DNA from: Terrimicrobiaceae bacterium
GTDB lineage: Bacteria; Verrucomicrobiota; Verrucomicrobiia; Chthoniobacterales; Terrimicrobiaceae
Direction: 5' to 3'
DNA length: 64,000 bases
Assembly: GCA_049317665.1 (NCBI GenBank)
Contig: JBMOHW010000001.1
Location: 17,144-81,143, forward strand
Shown: positions 62,902-64,000 of the stretch, one piece after another
How the letters are laid out: each line of letters starts with the position of its first letter
Numbering within the stretch: position 1 is the stretch's first letter
Position numbers and translations under genes: made by a program
Notes under the pieces: model-generated
What the model was told of the DNA's origin: nothing
What the model saw: the letters and a program-made list of their open reading frames with translations, nothing else
The model's database searches: none

Positions 62902-63969
62902 CTAAACGGCCAACGTTTCGCCGAGGCGTTTTCCCGGGAGAAGAAAGTGAATTGCGTAGTCGGAGACAGCGTCTTCGAGGGACGTGGTCGGGGCGGAGTA
63001 TCCGGCCTCGCGGAGTTTTCCGATATCTGCGCAGGTGTGGTATTGATACTGGTCTTTGAGGTTCTCGGGCATGTCGATGAATTCGATCTGAGGCGGTTTT
63101 CCGAGAGCGGCGAAGAGTGCGTGGGCGAGATCGAGCCAGGTCCGTGCGACGCCTGAGCCGATATTGAACAACCCGCCGGCATCCTCGTTTTCGGCGAGAT
63201 GAAGTGTCATTTTGACTGCATCCTTGACGTAGATGAAGTCGCGCATTTGCCCGCCATCCGGATACTCGGGCTTGTAGCTCTTGAAGAGGCGGATCCGACC
63301 AGTGTCGCGGATCTGCTCGAAGGCCTTGCAGACGAGGCTTCGCATGTCGCCCTTGTGGAATTCGTTTGGGCCGAAAACGTTGAAGTATTTGACGCCGACG
63401 ATATCCGGCAGGATTTCCTCGCGCGATGCGTAGAGGTCGAAAAGTTGTTTCGAATACCCGTAGAGATTGAGCGGGCGAAAAACCCGGAGGTTCTCGGTTC
63501 GGTCATCCATCCCCGCGGAGCCGTCGCCGTATGTTGCCGCGGACGAGGCGTAGACAAATCGAGCGCCGGTTGCGAGGGACCATTGGCAAAGGGATTTTGT
63601 GTAGGCAAAGTTGTTTTTCAGGGCATATCCGGCATCCGAGACCGTCGTGGACGAGCAGGCGCCGAGGTGAAAGACCGCTGCGAATTTTCCGAAGCGATCG
63701 GGATCCGCGGTGATGCCGGAGAGGAATTCATCGGCCGGGACATAGTCTTCGAAATCCAGAGGCAGGAGATTTTTCCACTTGTCGTCCTCGCCCAGGCAAT
63801 CCGTGACGACGATTTGTGAGAGGCCCTGCTGGTTGAGCTCGTGAACGAGCGCACTGCCGATAAACCCGGCGGCTCCGGTGACGAGGACGCGGGCCTTTTC
63901 GTGAAGAAGGCGGTCGCGGGCCGGTGGTTTTTTGGTTGGAGGGAGCTGTCGGGTGGGTCTGGTCGTCAT
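62902..63969 (-). CDS. hldD: ADP-L-glycero-D-manno-heptose 6-epimerase
   Basis: 355-aa ORF, colinear with E. coli RfaD/HldD. VLVTGAAGFIGS, FHLGACSSTT, YASSAATYGDG, NLYGYSK, KYFNVFGPNEFHKG. It has an N-terminal extension of about 25 aa, so the start is uncertain. Confidence 0.85.
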   Translation of the reverse strand: MTTRPTRQLPPTKKPPARDRLLHEKARVLVTGAAGFIGSALVHELNQQGLSQIVVTDCLGEDDKWKNLLPLDFEDYVPADEFLSGITADPDRFGKFAAVFHLGACSSTTVSDAGYALKNNFAYTKSLCQWSLATGARFVYASSAATYGDGSAGMDDRTENLRVFRPLNLYGYSKQLFDLYASREEILPDIVGVKYFNVFGPNEFHKGDMRSLVCKAFEQIRDTGRIRLFKSYKPEYPDGGQMRDFIYVKDAVKMTLHLAENEDAGGLFNIGSGVARTWLDLAHALFAALGKPPQIEFIDMPENLKDQYQYHTCADIGKLREAGYSAPTTSLEDAVSDYAIHFLLPGKRLGETLAV

Positions 63970-64000
63970 GCTGGTGGCAAATGGTTCCCCGCGATGGGGG

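Noticed and set aside
62841-63182. N-terminal extension of the lutA ORF
   Set aside because: It overlaps the hldD 3-prime region and is low complexity. The conserved LutA N-terminus (KISLFIPCFVDQYYP) begins at GTG 62840.

Overview
High-GC (about 60%), densely coding bacterial chromosomal segment. It contains about 60 protein genes, two tRNAs (Asn-GTT and Ala-CGC) and one degenerate tRNA-Asn copy. I found no rRNA, CRISPR array, transposase or integrase. The gene content suggests Verrucomicrobiota (inference): two PEP-CTERM-anchored secreted proteins, a GldA/GldF/GldG-like ABC module with a DUF4340 protein, a MoxR-DUF58-transglutaminase triad, and a succinate-to-propionate module. Most of the window is housekeeping: ppc, asd, alaS, typA, gltX, recF, nagB, hldD, lutABC, a Kef-type antiporter, crcB and a Nif3-like gene. 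The propionate module runs MeaB, gamma-CA-like protein, methylmalonyl-CoA epimerase, then a Na+-pumping methylmalonyl-CoA decarboxylase. The most unusual locus is 40744-41162. There a small GIY-YIG nuclease ORF sits between an intact tRNA-Asn and a degenerate tRNA-Asn copy, bounded by a perfect 42-nt direct repeat, with no integrase. Secondary oddities: a TerC gene inside the decarboxylase operon; a 35-bp AT-rich palindrome ending 2 nt before the epimerase start codon; a membrane-anchored repeat protein of about 16 units translationally coupled to meaB; an XRE regulator directly followed by an FkbO/Hyg5-like chorismatase; and a GT2/GT-C fusion glycosyltransferase. Many long ORFs in the supplied track are antisense shadow ORFs typical of GC-rich DNA and were rejected. 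All functional calls come from motif recognition by eye, with no database search. Start codons are often uncertain because the track allows GTG/TTG starts.
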